This document shows, in pieces, positions 62,155 to 64,000 of a stretch of 64,000 bases of DNA; within the stretch, counting starts at the first letter, position 1, and every line of letters begins with the position of its first letter. Below the pieces are notes generated by a model. That model ran no database searches. It was not told the origin of the DNA and saw only the letters and a program-made list of their open reading frames with translations. This DNA is from Octopus bimaculoides (lineage: Eukaryota), in contig NC_068989.1 in the NCBI RefSeq assembly GCF_001194135.2, positions 39,244,642 through 39,308,641 of the forward strand, in the 5' to 3' direction. Both the position numbers and the translations under genes were made by a program.

Positions 62155-62873
62155 CTGTTTGTCGGTAAGATGATATAGAAAACAGTATGAGTGAAGGGTG
62201 ATGGGGTGAGACAGAGTAATAAAAGTGAGAAAGTATAATGTATATGAACATATCCAAGTCCCACAATGCATTGAGGTCTGAGGATATATTCTCATGGAAT
62301 ATATCTAAAATACATCATCTATTCATCTCCAAGTGATGAATTCAAGAAATAATAAATTTCTCAAATAATACCCACAATAAAAGACATGTTAGATGATGTA
62401 GTCTTAGACATACTCCTATAACGGGAACATGTTCGGACACTGGTTTGTTCTGTCAGAGTTAATGTAGGACTAACCAATAACAACCAATAGACTTGAATCT
62501 CTTTTCTTGAAGCCATATAAAGACCATGTTGTATTTTACTTAATTTTTTTCTTCTTCCTTGGTACTCAATCATTAATGACTCCTTTGTTTCACATTCTTG
62601 CAGACATTGTCTTTATTTAGGCTGACTGGGTACAAGTGAAAGAAACACTAATGCAAGGGCTATTGGTCAACCAAAATGACACAAAAACAAAAAAAGTTCT
62701 TTTTCTAATTCCACACAAGACCTAATTACAGTCAATAGAATTTCTTTGGAGAGAAATTAATAAATGTTGTTACCAAGAATAAGACACAAATAGCACCAAA
62801 GATCTAGCCATTGGTTGATGTGCTTAAGACTAATAATAATAATACTAATAATAATAATGATGATGATAATAAC

Positions 62874-62902
<29 letters not shown>

Positions 62903-62907
<5 letters not shown>

Positions 62908-63412
62908 GCCCTGATGCACTACCAGGCACTGGTTCTCATGGCTTCTGATCATAACTGATTGGAAGTGTTGTCATGTACATGATTTGTCTTGGTATAAAAG
63001 TTGGGCTACAACAAATGTTCTTCTCAATACCACAGATTTGCTTGTCAGTTGCTTGACCTTAATCAATTGAGCATGTCCCTTAGTGGCTGACGATATGTGC
63101 ATTTCTGATCACGAGCAGAAGTAGTTGGGAAGCATTATAGTCATGTGTTGAGAGGAATTCTTTTGAATAATTCACCTCTGGAAACATGGGTGTTTCGTAA
63201 TGGTTACTTGACCTGAAGAAAATTCTAACTGGGTCCTACCTGCAAGGTCATGCATTGCTTATCTTGATATGGGATCACAATGTTGTGCACATGTGGTTGT
63301 GATGCATGTATCTGGTGTGCCCTTATCAGATGGGTAGTTATGATGGGTAAACTGGACTTCATACATTTGTACCCCAGTATCACTTTGATGGCTTACACTA
63401 TTCTCTCAACAA
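62903..63412 (+). mobile_element. Unclassified interspersed repeat E, longest copy (about 510 bp), flanked by (AAT)n
   Basis: Overlaps both other copies; (AAT)n at 62830-62902 and 63411-63435. Confidence 0.8.
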
Positions 63413-63434
63413 TGATAATAATAATAACAATAAC

Positions 63435-64000
63435 CATCATCATCGTTTAACGTCTGTTTTCCATGCTGGCATGGATGGTTTGACTGAGGTTTGGAAAGCT
63501 AGCAGCTGCACCAGGCTCCAATATGATCTGGCAATGTCTCAACAGCTGGATGCCCTTCCTAATGCCAACCACTCTAAGAGTGTAGTAGGTGCTTTTTATG
63601 TGCCACCAGCACATGGAGCCAGTCATGTGGGCCTGGCATCGATTATGTTTGGATAGTGCTTTTTGCATGCCACTGGCATGGGAGCCAGTCAGGAGGCACT
63701 GGCATTGACCACATTCGGATGATGCATTTTATGTGCCACCAGAACAGGGCCCAGTCAAGTGGCACTGGCCACAGCTACGATTTTGGTTTTACTTGACTCA
63801 ACAGGTATTCTCAAGCATATCATATCACCCAATGCATCAATGGTACTTTTAAATGTACTGGAAATGCAACACTAGCATCAGCCATGGCTGTGATCTCACT
63901 TTAGTTGCCAGGTTTTCTCAATCACAGCATATCTCTAAAGGTCTTGGTCACCTGTCATTATCTCTGTGAGGCCCAACTTTCGAAGGTCATGCTTCAACAC
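63435..64000 (-). mobile_element. RTE LINE 3' end with three ~67-bp 3'UTR tandem units
   Basis: VLKHDLRKLGLTEIMTGDQDL*RYAVIEKTWQLK*; units at 63589, 63656 and 63722; (ATG)n tail. Confidence 0.88.

Noticed and set aside
5139-62295. Many ORF-track entries rich in I/Y, C/V, H/T or poly-I/V/L, and ORFs spanning X runs
   Set aside because: These are translations of (TA)n, (CA)n and triplet microsatellites or of N gaps.
63087-63125. CTGACGA and a small hairpin in repeat E as a ribozyme
   Set aside because: No GAAA or stem III in the right position.

Overview
Eukaryotic, AT-rich, microsatellite-dense DNA from a draft assembly with N-gaps. The repeat families point to a coleoid cephalopod, probably Octopus (inference). 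There is no prokaryotic system. The only supportable host-gene sequence is a 56-nt plus-strand exon (60437-60492) resembling the conserved DRxxLLxD exon of M1 aminopeptidases, so much of the window may be intron. The rest is decayed transposons: an L1/Tx1 LINE with its 5' end, many RTE pieces (one set looks like a single 5'-inverted, split element), two R4/Dong-like LINEs, a CR1-like 3' end, two Ty3/Gypsy remnants, an orphan tRNA-Pro PBS with LTR edge, a mariner, two MITEs, Helentron-type HINEs, a Penelope element and four SINE types (A-D). Repeat names A-E are my working labels. The highlight is five minimal type-I hammerhead ribozyme motifs of four distinct sequence types: one near-intact (23078-23117), a U3-A8 core variant in both Penelope inverted arms, and two decayed remnants. 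Also notable are a higher-order minisatellite, a 90-bp 98%-identical inverted duplication and a pre-miRNA-sized hairpin. All calls were made by eye, without database searches.
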